From the IMG/VR virus record IMGVR_UViG_3300027759_000102, positions 1 through 58,709 of that record: a DNA stretch of 58,709 bases; one strand, given 5' to 3'. The DNA comes from a virus. Taxonomy: Duplodnaviria > Caudoviricetes. Shown here in pieces: positions 8,506 through 18,169 of the stretch (its first letter is position 1; each line of letters starts with the position of its first letter). Position numbers and translations under genes: made by a program. A model generated the notes under the pieces. That model did no database searches and was not told where the DNA came from. It saw only the letters and a program-made list of their open reading frames with translations.

Positions 8506-8660
8506 TAGTACCAAGCATCTTCTTCATCATCGTAAATCCACTGAGTACCGTTCTCATCTTCCTCAACTTCATAATCATCAATATCAAACTCTTCTATCTC
8601 TTCTATCTCTTCTATCTCTGGAAAGTTATAGATAATAACAAACTTTGTAAACACATTCAT
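8436..8660 (-). CDS. Extremely acidic small protein
   Basis: 34 of 74 residues are D/E by my count; W/Y-D-E repeats; RBS AGGAG upstream. Confidence 0.65.
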   Translation of the reverse strand: MNVFTKFVIIYNFPEIEEIEEIEEFDIDDYEVEEDENGTQWIYDDEEDAWYYYDEEEDSWVLYDSELDEEEEEE

Positions 8661-8740
8661 GGTGGTCTCCTAAGTGTATTGGGCTACAGCAATATTTGCT
8701 GCGTAGCCATGTTAACTTAAAACTAAGTAGGAGTTATTAC

Positions 8741-8770
8741 AAAATAAAAAGCCCCCGGTTAGGGGGGCTT
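8741..8770 (-). terminator. Rho-independent terminator after the major capsid gene
   Basis: Minus strand AAGCCCCC-loop-GGGGGCTT followed by TTTATTTT. Confidence 0.8.
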
Positions 8771-8797
8771 AGTGAAGCTAAGTGCTTGATTTTATTA

Positions 8798-9709
8798 CTA
8801 AGCACCAGAACTACCGAAGATGCCCAACGGGTCACTCCAACCGAAGCTGTAACGCTCGCGGCTCTTGTAACGTACGTTACCGGTATCAAAGTCTCCATCC
8901 ATGCTGTTAGACAGCGGGGTACGAACGAAGTGCTTCAAACCATTAGGAACATCAGTCATGAGGAACCAGCCGTTGGTGTCGGTCAAGAAGTGATTGACGC
9001 GATAACCTTCAGGAATGGAACCCATAGTCTTGATTGCGTTCACGTCATTGTCGGTCGTGCCAACGCGTAACTCTGTTTCGAGCAAGCGGGTAGCAACGAA
9101 CATCAAGTTTGGTGGAACAACCAATTTACGAGGTTTAGCAGCGATCAACAGACCACGTTCGTCAGTCCAACCTGCGATTTGAATTACAGCCGCCTCAAGG
9201 GAGGTTTCGTTCAAATCAGCTTGGGTGGTGAAAGTGTTGCTGTTGGTGCCACCAGAAACCAACGGATGTGCAGTCGAACATAAGACTACGCCATCACCGC
9301 CGGTATAGCCAGACGAAGCAAAAGCGTTGTTCAATACTGACGCAGCTTTAACTTGCTTGGTGTATGCCATAGCGCGGGCTAATGACTTGGTATAACGTGA
9401 TGACAAGGAGTCATACAAGTTATCTTCGATCGCTTCTTCAGTGACCGAGAAACCAAGAGCAATAGTTTCGTGGTTGTAACGAGCAGTCCAAGCTTCTTGT
9501 GCATTGTCGTAAGCGATGGCATTGCCCTCGTTCTTAACAGGTGCAGCAGAGAAGCCAGACAACTTCGTCTCTTCTTCAAATGAACGCTCAGAGGTTTCTG
9601 TTTCAAAAATCTCTTTGTGTTCTTCGCCGTAACGCTTGTACTCCATACCAAACAATGCGTTCAGTCCGGGTAAAAGCTCTTTAAGTAGCTGGGCGCGTGA
9701 GATAGCCAT
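8798..9709 (-). CDS. Major capsid protein (HK97 fold)
   Basis: MAISRAQLLKELLPGLNALFG...RERYSFGWSDP is a familiar capsid family; it follows the scaffold genes and precedes a strong terminator. Confidence 0.9.
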   Translation of the reverse strand: MAISRAQLLKELLPGLNALFGMEYKRYGEEHKEIFETETSERSFEEETKLSGFSAAPVKNEGNAIAYDNAQEAWTARYNHETIALGFSVTEEAIEDNLYDSLSSRYTKSLARAMAYTKQVKAASVLNNAFASSGYTGGDGVVLCSTAHPLVSGGTNSNTFTTQADLNETSLEAAVIQIAGWTDERGLLIAAKPRKLVVPPNLMFVATRLLETELRVGTTDNDVNAIKTMGSIPEGYRVNHFLTDTNGWFLMTDVPNGLKHFVRTPLSNSMDGDFDTGNVRYKSRERYSFGWSDPLGIFGSSGA

Positions 9710-9721
9710 TATTCATTCTCC

Positions 9722-10318
9722 TTAGATGCCAGTTGGATTCAGGTACATGTGCATACCTTGATTCCACTTAACAATAACTTCGGTATAAGAACCCGAAGAG
9801 TTGGTTGTTTCCGCGACCACATCTACGATACGGATTGGGAAGGTTGAAGTCGTAGCATCCGGTGCAATAATCGCAACAGCGCTATCACCTGTAGTGGTGC
9901 TTCCGGTATTCTGAACTAGAACAGCGTTAGAACCAATAACAGCAATAGTTTTGCCGGTAATTGTAGTGGTGCCACTAACGATAGCCACTTTAAACAACGT
10001 GTCGGGATCATCAGCTACATAAGCGGTAGCATCAGCAGTCACGGTGCTTGCGGGCCAATATTGAGCAAAGATTTTTTGATTGGTGTTTGGACTTGTGTAA
10101 GAACAGCCCAAGAATACGCCAACCGGTGTAGCAGCATCAGTGCCCACGTCTTTACGGATCGTACCACCAGCTACTAGTTTAACGACATCGCCATAATAAA
10201 TGGAGGTGCCTTCGCCACTAGCAATAAACATCTGGCGGGTTGAGCCTGCAAAAACTTGACCACCGATCAGGTTTATGGGTTTAAGCCCATAAGGTGCACT
10301 GACAGTAGGGTAAGCCAT
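9722..10318 (-). CDS. Putative capsid cement/decoration protein
   Basis: PYGLKP, IYYGDVV, GVFLGC and V.DDP motifs; lies immediately upstream of the capsid gene. Confidence 0.65.
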   Translation of the reverse strand: MAYPTVSAPYGLKPINLIGGQVFAGSTRQMFIASGEGTSIYYGDVVKLVAGGTIRKDVGTDAATPVGVFLGCSYTSPNTNQKIFAQYWPASTVTADATAYVADDPDTLFKVAIVSGTTTITGKTIAVIGSNAVLVQNTGSTTTGDSAVAIIAPDATTSTFPIRIVDVVAETTNSSGSYTEVIVKWNQGMHMYLNPTGI

Positions 10319-10341
10319 TATTAATACTCCTAAAAATTAAA

Positions 10342-10794
10342 TTAAACAGCGCCACGACCAAATGTCGTTGTAGATTTTCGCTCATTAAATAGCGGCATCC
10401 GCGGATCATTGGTCTTCATAAAGCTATTGTCAACTGCTTCAATCTGCGATCGAGCAACATTACTATAATGCGCGTTACGTTGCGTTACCATTTTTGCAGA
10501 TGCTTTGCATAACAATAAACCACCGATCTCTACATTGTCTTTAAAACGACTATTCGGGTCTACATAAGTCATCATTTCGGGATGGTCAACGGCCTTCACA
10601 GGTACCCAACCTTCACGAAATTTTGATGCCGTATTAGTAGCATCAGCTTGTCCCATAAGAGCAGTACGGATATACCGAAAAGCATAGCCTTCCTGTGGGG
10701 CAGGAAAAGGTAATGTCTCAGGGGGTTTCCAAGACTCTTCCCGAGCTTCAATTTCCCGGGTTTGTAATTCACGAGCTAGTCTATTTTCAGCCAT
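10342..10794 (-). CDS. Conserved head-morphogenesis hypothetical protein
   Basis: FRYIR, REGW.PV and GGLLLCK motifs; start placed at ATG 10794 (RBS GGAG). Confidence 0.65.
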   Translation of the reverse strand: MAENRLARELQTREIEAREESWKPPETLPFPAPQEGYAFRYIRTALMGQADATNTASKFREGWVPVKAVDHPEMMTYVDPNSRFKDNVEIGGLLLCKASAKMVTQRNAHYSNVARSQIEAVDNSFMKTNDPRMPLFNERKSTTTFGRGAV

Positions 10795-11755
10795 TGTAGT
10801 TCTCCAATTTGCGTACTTCACGTGCGTAAGCCTCTGGGGTAATTCCCAGCCTACGAGCTATGGCAGCACCAGACCTCGTAATGGTTACGCTTCTCTTTGT
10901 CGCGGACGTTCGCGTTACCGGGGCCACAATTGTGGCTGGTTTTGCACGTTGTACAGGTTTACCCTGCTCACGCGGTGGTTCGACTTCCTCAGTGTACTCG
11001 TCAAAGTTCTCAGGAAACCGTTGCTTCATAGTAGCGTCGACACGTTCATAGTAGTCATCGCTACGCGGGTCGATACCCGAGCGAACTAATTTTTCATGCA
11101 ACCCTAAAGCGAGGCTAGTCATTTCCTCATCAACCCCAAACCACGTATTTCTTTCACGCCATTTTTCGGCCTTCGGATCAGCAGTTGTAGGTCTGGTTTG
11201 TTGCTGTTGTACACTATTTCTTTGTGGTTGTAAAGAAGGACGCATAGATTGAATTTCACGGAGTTTAAACTTGGCATCCGTTAGTTCTTCTTGTGCATCC
11301 GCAATCATGTCCGCATCCCCTGCCTCGTACGCGCGTTTCATGCGTTCTTTGGCGGCGGCGATCTCACCGTTAGCGCTCTTGGCAATCTCAGCGACAAATA
11401 CTTGCTCACCATGCCCTAACCGTTCCCGAAGAGATTGGACTTCTAATTCTTTGGCGCGGGCATAGTTAATAGCCTCTTCCCGTTCTCGGGTGGCAGATTC
11501 CTTTGCCCTGCGCTCGTCATGCCAGACTTTTTTCATCTGAACTAGACGTTCCTTAACTTTGTCAGAAAACTCCTCTAACCCATCGTCCTCTTCAAGTGCT
11601 TTGACTTTAGATGGAGGTAGCGGTCTGGCTTTACGACGACCCTGATCTTCTACTGGGGTATCGTCAACAATTTCAACTTCAAGGGAGTCTTCAGCTTCAA
11701 CTTCCTCATTTACTGGAACTTCTTCTACTTCATCAGGGAATTTAAACTCAGACAT
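10787..11755 (-). CDS. Capsid scaffolding protein
   Basis: Acidic N-terminus, coiled coil, N.WFG motif and C-terminal ARRLGITPEAYA; lies between portal and capsid genes. Confidence 0.75.
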   Translation of the reverse strand: MSEFKFPDEVEEVPVNEEVEAEDSLEVEIVDDTPVEDQGRRKARPLPPSKVKALEEDDGLEEFSDKVKERLVQMKKVWHDERRAKESATREREEAINYARAKELEVQSLRERLGHGEQVFVAEIAKSANGEIAAAKERMKRAYEAGDADMIADAQEELTDAKFKLREIQSMRPSLQPQRNSVQQQQTRPTTADPKAEKWRERNTWFGVDEEMTSLALGLHEKLVRSGIDPRSDDYYERVDATMKQRFPENFDEYTEEVEPPREQGKPVQRAKPATIVAPVTRTSATKRSVTITRSGAAIARRLGITPEAYAREVRKLENYNG

Positions 11756-11764
11756 AAATCACTC

Positions 11765-12127
11765 CTATTTGCGTTTGATCCCGCGAGGGTCTTGCACAGT
11801 TGATTCAACTGAATCATCGTTAATAATGCGGAATTCTTTGCCGTGAATTGACAATTTAGTTCCGGTATGGGGCCTTACAATGATGAAATCACCTTCCTTA
11901 CACCAAGCTCCAGTGGGGAATTTCTTTTCGTCTTTGTAGCAATCGGGTCCCAATTTCACTACAAACAGCACGGTGGTTAGAATTTCTTCGTGTTCCAAAG
12001 TGATGTCGGCTTTGATAATCCCACTCTCATACTTCTCCTCTAACACCGGTATGGCGCAAAGGATTCGGTATCCAACGGGGTCAGGTAGTTGTCGCGCTTT
12101 CTCCTGTATATCTTCAGTCATCTTCAT
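11765..12127 (-). CDS. groES: GroES-like co-chaperonin
   Basis: P.GYRIL, SGII, VVKLGP, KEGD and FRIINDD match the Cpn10 pattern. Confidence 0.8.
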   Translation of the reverse strand: MKMTEDIQEKARQLPDPVGYRILCAIPVLEEKYESGIIKADITLEHEEILTTVLFVVKLGPDCYKDEKKFPTGAWCKEGDFIIVRPHTGTKLSIHGKEFRIINDDSVESTVQDPRGIKRK

Positions 12128-12314
12128 GAGTCTCCAAACGATGGGCAAGGTCTGAAATGATTTGCTTTGCGTAGTCCAGACCCTGAATAACTCCGCAAAG
12201 GTTTTGGTACTCGGGATAATCTTTTACAGTGCCTCTACCAATGTAACGCTCGGTATCAGCACGGCGTTCCTCTAACTTAGAGGAAACGTAATCTAGCGCG
12301 GTATCGTAATTCAC
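12114..12314 (-). CDS. Small conserved protein downstream of the portal gene
   Basis: 66 aa with DY.EY...CG.IQGL; overlaps both neighbours. Confidence 0.65.
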   Translation of the reverse strand: MNYDTALDYVSSKLEERRADTERYIGRGTVKDYPEYQNLCGVIQGLDYAKQIISDLAHRLETHEDD

Positions 12315-14806
12315 TCAGGTTGTCCTTTCGGGGCTGATTGTTGGGTTAACATGTCATGCTTTTGTCTAGCAAGGTCTATTCCCATTCTGGTGCCTTCAAT
12401 TTCACCTTGTTGCTCAAGATTGGCTTTAGACTTACTAATATCTATGCCAAGTCGGGTTCCATCTATTTCCTGACGACCGGTTATTTCTAGTTCACGCAGT
12501 TTCAACTCGTCGGCTTTTGACGCTGCATCCAACATGTCCTTCTGTTTCTTACGTTCCAATTCACCCTGTTGAATTTGGAAGTCCTGCTGTGCTTGCTGCA
12601 TTTTTAACTGTAGTTCTTGCTGTTGCATTTGAATTAATGGGTCTTGCTGTGCCTGTTGAATCTGTTGCTGTGCGGCTTCCCCTTGGTTCTTCTGCAATAG
12701 CTGTTGTGCGGCTTGGGCTACCAACGTAGATAACTGAGTCTCTACTTCTGGAGAAAGTTTTTCGTCTTCAGATGGTAGGCTTGCACCCAATTGTTGCTCA
12801 ATCTCAACCCTATACTGGAAAGCTACGTGTTCCATAATGTGAGCCATACCTGCGGCTTGCATAGCTTGTGCTTGTGGGTTTTGTGCCATCACTTGCATCA
12901 ACTTGGGGTCTTTCATTGCCGCCATATGTACACCCAAATGCGCCTGATGATCCTGATAACTAAAGGCTTTAACAGGTTTACCGGTCATAATGTTCATGTT
13001 CTCAGATACTGGATCGGTAGGCTTCTGGTCATCCTCAATAGGCACAAGTTTGTCAGCGTTTTTAATACCTAACGTCTCAATGATTTGACGATGCAAGAGG
13101 GGTAGGTTATAGAGCTGAGGTGCTCCAGCGGCAAGCTGCATTACTGCCTGATACTGAACAACTCGTTGCGCCATTGTGGAAGCATTAGGGTCAGACACGG
13201 GGATAACTGCAACCATGTCGTAATCACTTCGTTTAGCTTTTCTTTCACCTACTTCTGGCTCGTAATCGTATTCCTCGGGGGTATTGTCACGTATAATTGC
13301 TGACAGCAATCTAAACTCTTGTTTCATTGCGTAGTGAATCCGTGCTTGAACCGCACTCATCACTTTCAACATACGCTCTAAAATAGCCAAGGTAGTCCCA
13401 ACTGGGGACTGCGCAGACATGTCGCTAGTCTTTAAATCAGCAACCGCCGCAAACCGTCGACCATCTTCAACAATCTGATTAAGCAACATGACTAGCGTTT
13501 GGCTAGGTTCTTTGTAGGGCAACAACATAATGTTGTCTTTAATTACACCGCCGGGAATGTCCACGTCTCTAAACTCACCCGGAGCGATTGGGGTGTCATC
13601 ACCTTTAATACGAAGCCCGCGAGACTTTAAACCGCCCGGAATGTTGTTTAGCGTTCCTGCGTCTACAAGCTGGCGTAACAAAGAAGTGCTTGATGTTGCG
13701 TGACCACCAACCAAATGAATCAAACCAAACGCATAGAACCCAAAGCCGGGAATATAGGAGTAGTGCACAAAGTGCTGGCGTTTTTGCTTTAACTCGTCAT
13801 CTTCGTTCCAGTTACGACGAATGGCTAAGATAGTGCCCGTGCCCTGCTCAAGTGTAACCACATACGGCAACGCAATACCGGTAGGCTCATCACCCGCCTC
13901 GTCTTCAAACCCTTCAAGATCAAGGTCAACATGTATTTCTAATAGCGAATACCGATCATCGTCTTCCGCAGAAAACCCTTGTTCTTTAGCTTTTTGTTTC
14001 TCAATATCGTCTAAGACACGCGTGGGTTCACCAAGATCAACTTCTCGATAAAACCCAACATCCTGTAGTTTGGCAATCTCATTCTTGGTCTTACGCATCC
14101 GATGGGCTACCCGTTCGGCTGACTCAAGGTTTTTAGCACCGTAAGGGACAACTATATCTTCGGCTGATATAAACGCGGCTACCGGACGATCTATTGACGG
14201 GTCAAAGTAAATCTTCTTAAACGCATTACCCGCAAGACATAAGGAGAACAGCAACCGTTCATGTTCTGGGCGATACTCTATCATTCGTTCGGTAAGCTCG
14301 TAGTTCATATCGTCGGCTACACGAATAGAGGCATCCCGCTTCTCGTTGGTTTCTTTCCCAATAATGGTTGTCTTTACAGGACCCGAAGACGGGAACGTCT
14401 CCATAATAGTCTCAGACTGAAACTTAACCGCGCTCTCCATTAGCAATGGGTGGAACACACCGCAAGCCCCAGACCACGGCTCACTACGTTCTTCATACTT
14501 AACGCCCAAGAGTTTTAAGCCTTTGACGTAGGTCTCCATCCAATCTTTACGTGCCATGATGTCGGAATTGTGATCTCCTAATAACTCAGAACTTAGGCTT
14601 TGCAATTGCGACTCAGGGATAATCTCAGCAAGGTTTGCGTTGAAATCTTCGGAGTTTTCTTCCCCATCTTCAAAGTCTATCTCCATACCGCCAATGCCGA
14701 TATGCACGGACTCTGGGTCTTCAATCTCAATTTCTAGATCGGGTTCTTGGTCATCAAGAGATTCTAATCCTTGGGGGGCTGCGTAAAGTGCTTTACTTAT
14801 TGCCAT
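12311..14806 (-). CDS. Portal protein (P22 gp1-like)
   Basis: 831 aa with EPW.GAC.V.HP, G..FKK.Y.D and LRQLVDAGTL motifs and a Q-rich C-terminal barrel; follows terL. Confidence 0.88.
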   Translation of the reverse strand: MAISKALYAAPQGLESLDDQEPDLEIEIEDPESVHIGIGGMEIDFEDGEENSEDFNANLAEIIPESQLQSLSSELLGDHNSDIMARKDWMETYVKGLKLLGVKYEERSEPWSGACGVFHPLLMESAVKFQSETIMETFPSSGPVKTTIIGKETNEKRDASIRVADDMNYELTERMIEYRPEHERLLFSLCLAGNAFKKIYFDPSIDRPVAAFISAEDIVVPYGAKNLESAERVAHRMRKTKNEIAKLQDVGFYREVDLGEPTRVLDDIEKQKAKEQGFSAEDDDRYSLLEIHVDLDLEGFEDEAGDEPTGIALPYVVTLEQGTGTILAIRRNWNEDDELKQKRQHFVHYSYIPGFGFYAFGLIHLVGGHATSSTSLLRQLVDAGTLNNIPGGLKSRGLRIKGDDTPIAPGEFRDVDIPGGVIKDNIMLLPYKEPSQTLVMLLNQIVEDGRRFAAVADLKTSDMSAQSPVGTTLAILERMLKVMSAVQARIHYAMKQEFRLLSAIIRDNTPEEYDYEPEVGERKAKRSDYDMVAVIPVSDPNASTMAQRVVQYQAVMQLAAGAPQLYNLPLLHRQIIETLGIKNADKLVPIEDDQKPTDPVSENMNIMTGKPVKAFSYQDHQAHLGVHMAAMKDPKLMQVMAQNPQAQAMQAAGMAHIMEHVAFQYRVEIEQQLGASLPSEDEKLSPEVETQLSTLVAQAAQQLLQKNQGEAAQQQIQQAQQDPLIQMQQQELQLKMQQAQQDFQIQQGELERKKQKDMLDAASKADELKLRELEITGRQEIDGTRLGIDISKSKANLEQQGEIEGTRMGIDLARQKHDMLTQQSAPKGQPE

Positions 14807-14811
14807 GATAT

Positions 14812-15105
14812 TTACCTTCTGCTTTTTAGCTTTGTGGTGTTAGTTGCGGGGTCATAAACAAACTGACCGGTGGATTTCTTTAGCCTTGTAGCCGTTCTAT
14901 CTATAGCGCGTTCTTCCGCGGTCATGCGGTTACGCGCGGCACCTTTAAAAGTAAATGTTTTTCCATCGGGTTTTAAAAACCCACGTTTTATTAGCACCGC
15001 TATTACTGCACCACGGGGATCAGAAGGCGGATTAACTTGCGTTCTCATCTGCTCGGTCAAGCGTTCAATCAATTGCCCGCGCCCCATAAACTTTTGTGTA
15101 GCCAT
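14812..15105 (-). CDS. Small basic hypothetical protein
   Basis: 97-aa ORF between terL and the portal gene. Confidence 0.6.
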   Translation of the reverse strand: MATQKFMGRGQLIERLTEQMRTQVNPPSDPRGAVIAVLIKRGFLKPDGKTFTFKGAARNRMTAEERAIDRTATRLKKSTGQFVYDPATNTTKLKSRR

Positions 15106-15106
15106 A

Positions 15107-16687
15107 TTAGTAATAACCCGCGTAGCGTTTGGATTTAAAGAATTTAACTGGGTCTTTCTCGTCTGTATGTAGCCGTAAAAACCCGCCTTGTCTGAACCGC
15201 ATTAGTGCTAGGGTGGTTGAGTCTACCAAGTCATCATGCTCCCCTGCGGGAAATGACGCTACCTCATCCACTACTTCTTCAGCCCAACGTGTTTGGGGTG
15301 CCCATATAATACCTGATGAAAACATATCAGACACCGAGTTCAAACGGCTAATTTTATCGTTACCTTTGCTGGGGGTAAACTCCTGCACGATAATTCCCAT
15401 TGCCCGCAGTTCATAGATTAGCGGCGCGCCAGAGGCTTTCTTCTCTACAATAAACGCGTCGGGCTTCCACTCCATGTAGTGCTCGTAGGCAACTCTCTTG
15501 AGTTTGGGAAACTCCATCCGTTCTCTTATTGAGTTCAACAGGATAATATTTGCACCGCCTGTAGCGGGATCGTCGGGAGATTTCTCAGGCCACCATACTC
15601 CCCAAGTGGTGCAAGCACTAAAGTCAGCCCGATTGTTTTTTTCAAACGCCGTATCCCACGCTTGGATAATAAACTCACACTTTGGAGGTTCCTCTTCTTC
15701 CCAGACCCTCCACCAATTGCGCTTAACAATAGCGCCTTCTTCTGATGTAGGGTTCTGCTGATATTGCGCGTTCCACTGATACGATGGCATGGACGCTTTT
15801 GTTTTCATCAACGCTTCTAGCGACCATTGTTCTGGCCAGAGTGACCGCTGACTAATATGTAGGTCGCCGTTGCTGTCGGTTGTCTCTTTCTCTAACACAG
15901 CAGGAAACTCTACCACGTCATACTGATCTGCCCCGTCATTCATCACCATGTCTTTAACTACCCGACCGGTCAGATCATTTAACGCCCAACGAGTCTGCAC
16001 AATAGCTACTCTACCCCCCGGCATTAAACGTGTTCGCGCACCGGTAGTAAACCATTCATACGCTTTATCAAACACATCTAAGTTACCGTTGATAATATCT
16101 TGTTCATTATGTGGGTCATCAATCAATAGTAAGTCCGCGCCGCGACCTGCAATAGCACCGCCCACACCCACCGCAAAATACTCTCCACCGTGATTAGTGT
16201 GCCAACGCCCTGCGCTTTTTGAGTCTTGACTAAGCTGAACACCCGCTTTCCCACCAAAAACAGCCTGATAATCTTCACTTGCAATGAGGTTTCGCACCTT
16301 TCTACCAAAGTCAATAGCCAAATCAGCCGTGTGAGACACCATCATTACCTTTTGATTAGGGTGATTTCCTAGAAACCATGCGGGAAAATAGTAGGAAACT
16401 AGGTGAGATTTGCCAAATCTAGGTGCAATATTGACCGCAATCCGTTGTTTTGAGCCATTTGCTAGGTCTTCAAGCAAAGAAGCTAGCCTTTTATGGTGTG
16501 CACCTATCATATAGGTGGGTTCAATGAACTTTACAAAGTCTAAAAGGGTTATTTTGGCTGCTCGAATGGCTTTTCGGCGGCTCAACTCGTTAATTAACCG
16601 CAAAACTTCTTCTTTTTGTGCCGGAGGAAGCAGTTTTACCTTACTTTGAACACTATTTAAATCAATTGTCGTCATTTTCGTCTTCAA
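15107..16687 (-). CDS. terL: Terminase large subunit
   Basis: Walker A PRFGKS, Walker B LLLIDD and nuclease motifs WDTA and HDDLVD. Confidence 0.95.
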   Translation of the reverse strand: MKTKMTTIDLNSVQSKVKLLPPAQKEEVLRLINELSRRKAIRAAKITLLDFVKFIEPTYMIGAHHKRLASLLEDLANGSKQRIAVNIAPRFGKSHLVSYYFPAWFLGNHPNQKVMMVSHTADLAIDFGRKVRNLIASEDYQAVFGGKAGVQLSQDSKSAGRWHTNHGGEYFAVGVGGAIAGRGADLLLIDDPHNEQDIINGNLDVFDKAYEWFTTGARTRLMPGGRVAIVQTRWALNDLTGRVVKDMVMNDGADQYDVVEFPAVLEKETTDSNGDLHISQRSLWPEQWSLEALMKTKASMPSYQWNAQYQQNPTSEEGAIVKRNWWRVWEEEEPPKCEFIIQAWDTAFEKNNRADFSACTTWGVWWPEKSPDDPATGGANIILLNSIRERMEFPKLKRVAYEHYMEWKPDAFIVEKKASGAPLIYELRAMGIIVQEFTPSKGNDKISRLNSVSDMFSSGIIWAPQTRWAEEVVDEVASFPAGEHDDLVDSTTLALMRFRQGGFLRLHTDEKDPVKFFKSKRYAGYY

Positions 16688-17279
16688 CTAGGGAGTCTAC
16701 GAACTTAACGAGGTCTTTTTCAGGGGGTGGCTCAACGGTTTCTTCCTGTATATCTTCTTCGGGTTCGTCCACAATCTCTGCAACACCCATATACAGTTCG
16801 AGCTTTTTAGTTAGCTCGGCTTCAAGCTCTGCGTCGGTCTTCATTTTATGGGTAACTTCAACGCGGTCAGTAAATAACCCCACGTCTTTCATCTTACCCA
16901 ACAACTCAAGGGCTTTAATCCGTATCTTCCCATCATCGTGCTCAGACTCTTTGAGCAACTTGTTCTTTACATACTCCCGAATACGCACCGCGCTATTTAC
17001 CAACTCGTGATCGTACTCCGATAGCATCTTATCCAGATGAGTGAGCGCGGCGGTTGGGTATTGGGCAGCTTCAAGCGGGCTAAACGCAGGTTTCTTAGGG
17101 TCGGTTACCTTTAAAAACATCTCTCGCGCAACGGTTTTATCTGCGGCGGTTGCGGGTTCTGCGTCTGGGAACATCATCTGCATCGTGTTACAAGCAAGTC
17201 TAGCCCGCTCAATGGCGGGCAACGATAACAGTGATACACCATCCGTAATATGGATGTGCGGTTCTGGGGTTACTTGCAT
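16662..17279 (-). CDS. Putative terminase small subunit
   Basis: Overlaps the terL start; RIKALELLGK...GLF motif; start placed at ATG 17279 with GGAG RBS. Confidence 0.7.
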   Translation of the reverse strand: MQVTPEPHIHITDGVSLLSLPAIERARLACNTMQMMFPDAEPATAADKTVAREMFLKVTDPKKPAFSPLEAAQYPTAALTHLDKMLSEYDHELVNSAVRIREYVKNKLLKESEHDDGKIRIKALELLGKMKDVGLFTDRVEVTHKMKTDAELEAELTKKLELYMGVAEIVDEPEEDIQEETVEPPPEKDLVKFVDSLVEDENDDN

Positions 17280-17474
17280 ATTAACTCCAAGATATTTATA
17301 CGAAACATACACGTATGGAACCAAAAAAGCAAGTGGGGGGTATTATTTTTTAGAATAATAGGGTGGGGGGGGCTATGTTCAAAATACTACATGGGGGGGT
17401 CTAAAGTTGAGAAATACGCATCGTTCACGTAAAACACAGCGTAAGCGCGAGGGCGGGACTCCTAAACCTATTCA

Positions 17475-17504
17475 GGGGGGATGGGGTGCGGTAGGGGTCA
17501 GGGG
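17475..17504 (+). other. G-quadruplex-type G-tract motif
   Basis: G6-AT-G4-TGCGGTA-G4-TCA-G4; more G runs at 17335-17399. Confidence 0.6.
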
Positions 17505-17554
17505 ATAGCGTAGCGGACAGCTGTCCGCTGGCATTGGTTATCTTCAATCACCTA

Positions 17555-17582
17555 TTGACTATTCATAGGATAAGCGTAGAAT
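17555..17582 (+). promoter_or_regulatory. Sigma70-type early promoter
   Basis: TTGACT-16 bp-TAGAAT upstream of the 17648 ORF. Confidence 0.65.
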
Positions 17583-17647
17583 TGGAACTGTCGATGAAGC
17601 AAATCGATACATGTAATTAACTTACTTACGGAGTTTTAAATAAGATT

Positions 17648-18124
17648 ATGACAACATTAAAATGTATGGCATCAAACATTGTAAAAAACGCTGATTCATT
17701 AACACAAAGCGAAATCAAACTATCTGAAGCCATTGCAGTATTCGTAGGCAAAGGTGGCAAGATAAACGATGTGCTAACTACAGTGCGGACAATTAACAAG
17801 GAAGTAATTAGCATCAAAGCATTGCGCGAAGGTAAAGCAGGTAACCCTAGTTACGCTCTCGCACTAACAAGGTATGAGCGTATCAGTAAAGCCAATCAAC
17901 GGCTTTTCCCCAAAGTAGCAAGTGCCACTACTAGCAAGCGTGGCACTAAGGGCACAGCAAAGAAAGGGAAACCGGTAGGCGTAATTGGGTCTGCTAGTGG
18001 CTTGGTTAAACTGAATCGGCAAATCATCGCAACCATTCAGAAAATAGAGAAGCCAGATTTTGATGCCGCTCGAGTGATTGCCGCTTATCAAGTATGCAAT
18101 GACCAATTGATACCAAAGAAATAG
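17648..18124 (+). CDS. Monocistronic Lys-rich early protein of unknown function
   Basis: 158 aa, flanked by its own promoter and terminator. Confidence 0.7.
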   Translation: MTTLKCMASNIVKNADSLTQSEIKLSEAIAVFVGKGGKINDVLTTVRTINKEVISIKALREGKAGNPSYALALTRYERISKANQRLFPKVASATTSKRGTKGTAKKGKPVGVIGSASGLVKLNRQIIATIQKIEKPDFDAARVIAAYQVCNDQLIPKK

Positions 18125-18139
18125 GTAGTGCAGGACAAG

Positions 18140-18169
18140 CCCTGAGCCGAAAGGTTCAGGGTTTTTTTT
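18140..18169 (+). terminator. Rho-independent terminator
   Basis: CCCTGAGCC-GAAA-GGTTCAGGG followed by T8. Confidence 0.85.

Noticed and set aside
18140-18150. CCCTGAGCCGA resembling part of E. coli 6S RNA
   Set aside because: It is the 5' arm and loop of a clear intrinsic terminator, so the short match is probably coincidental.
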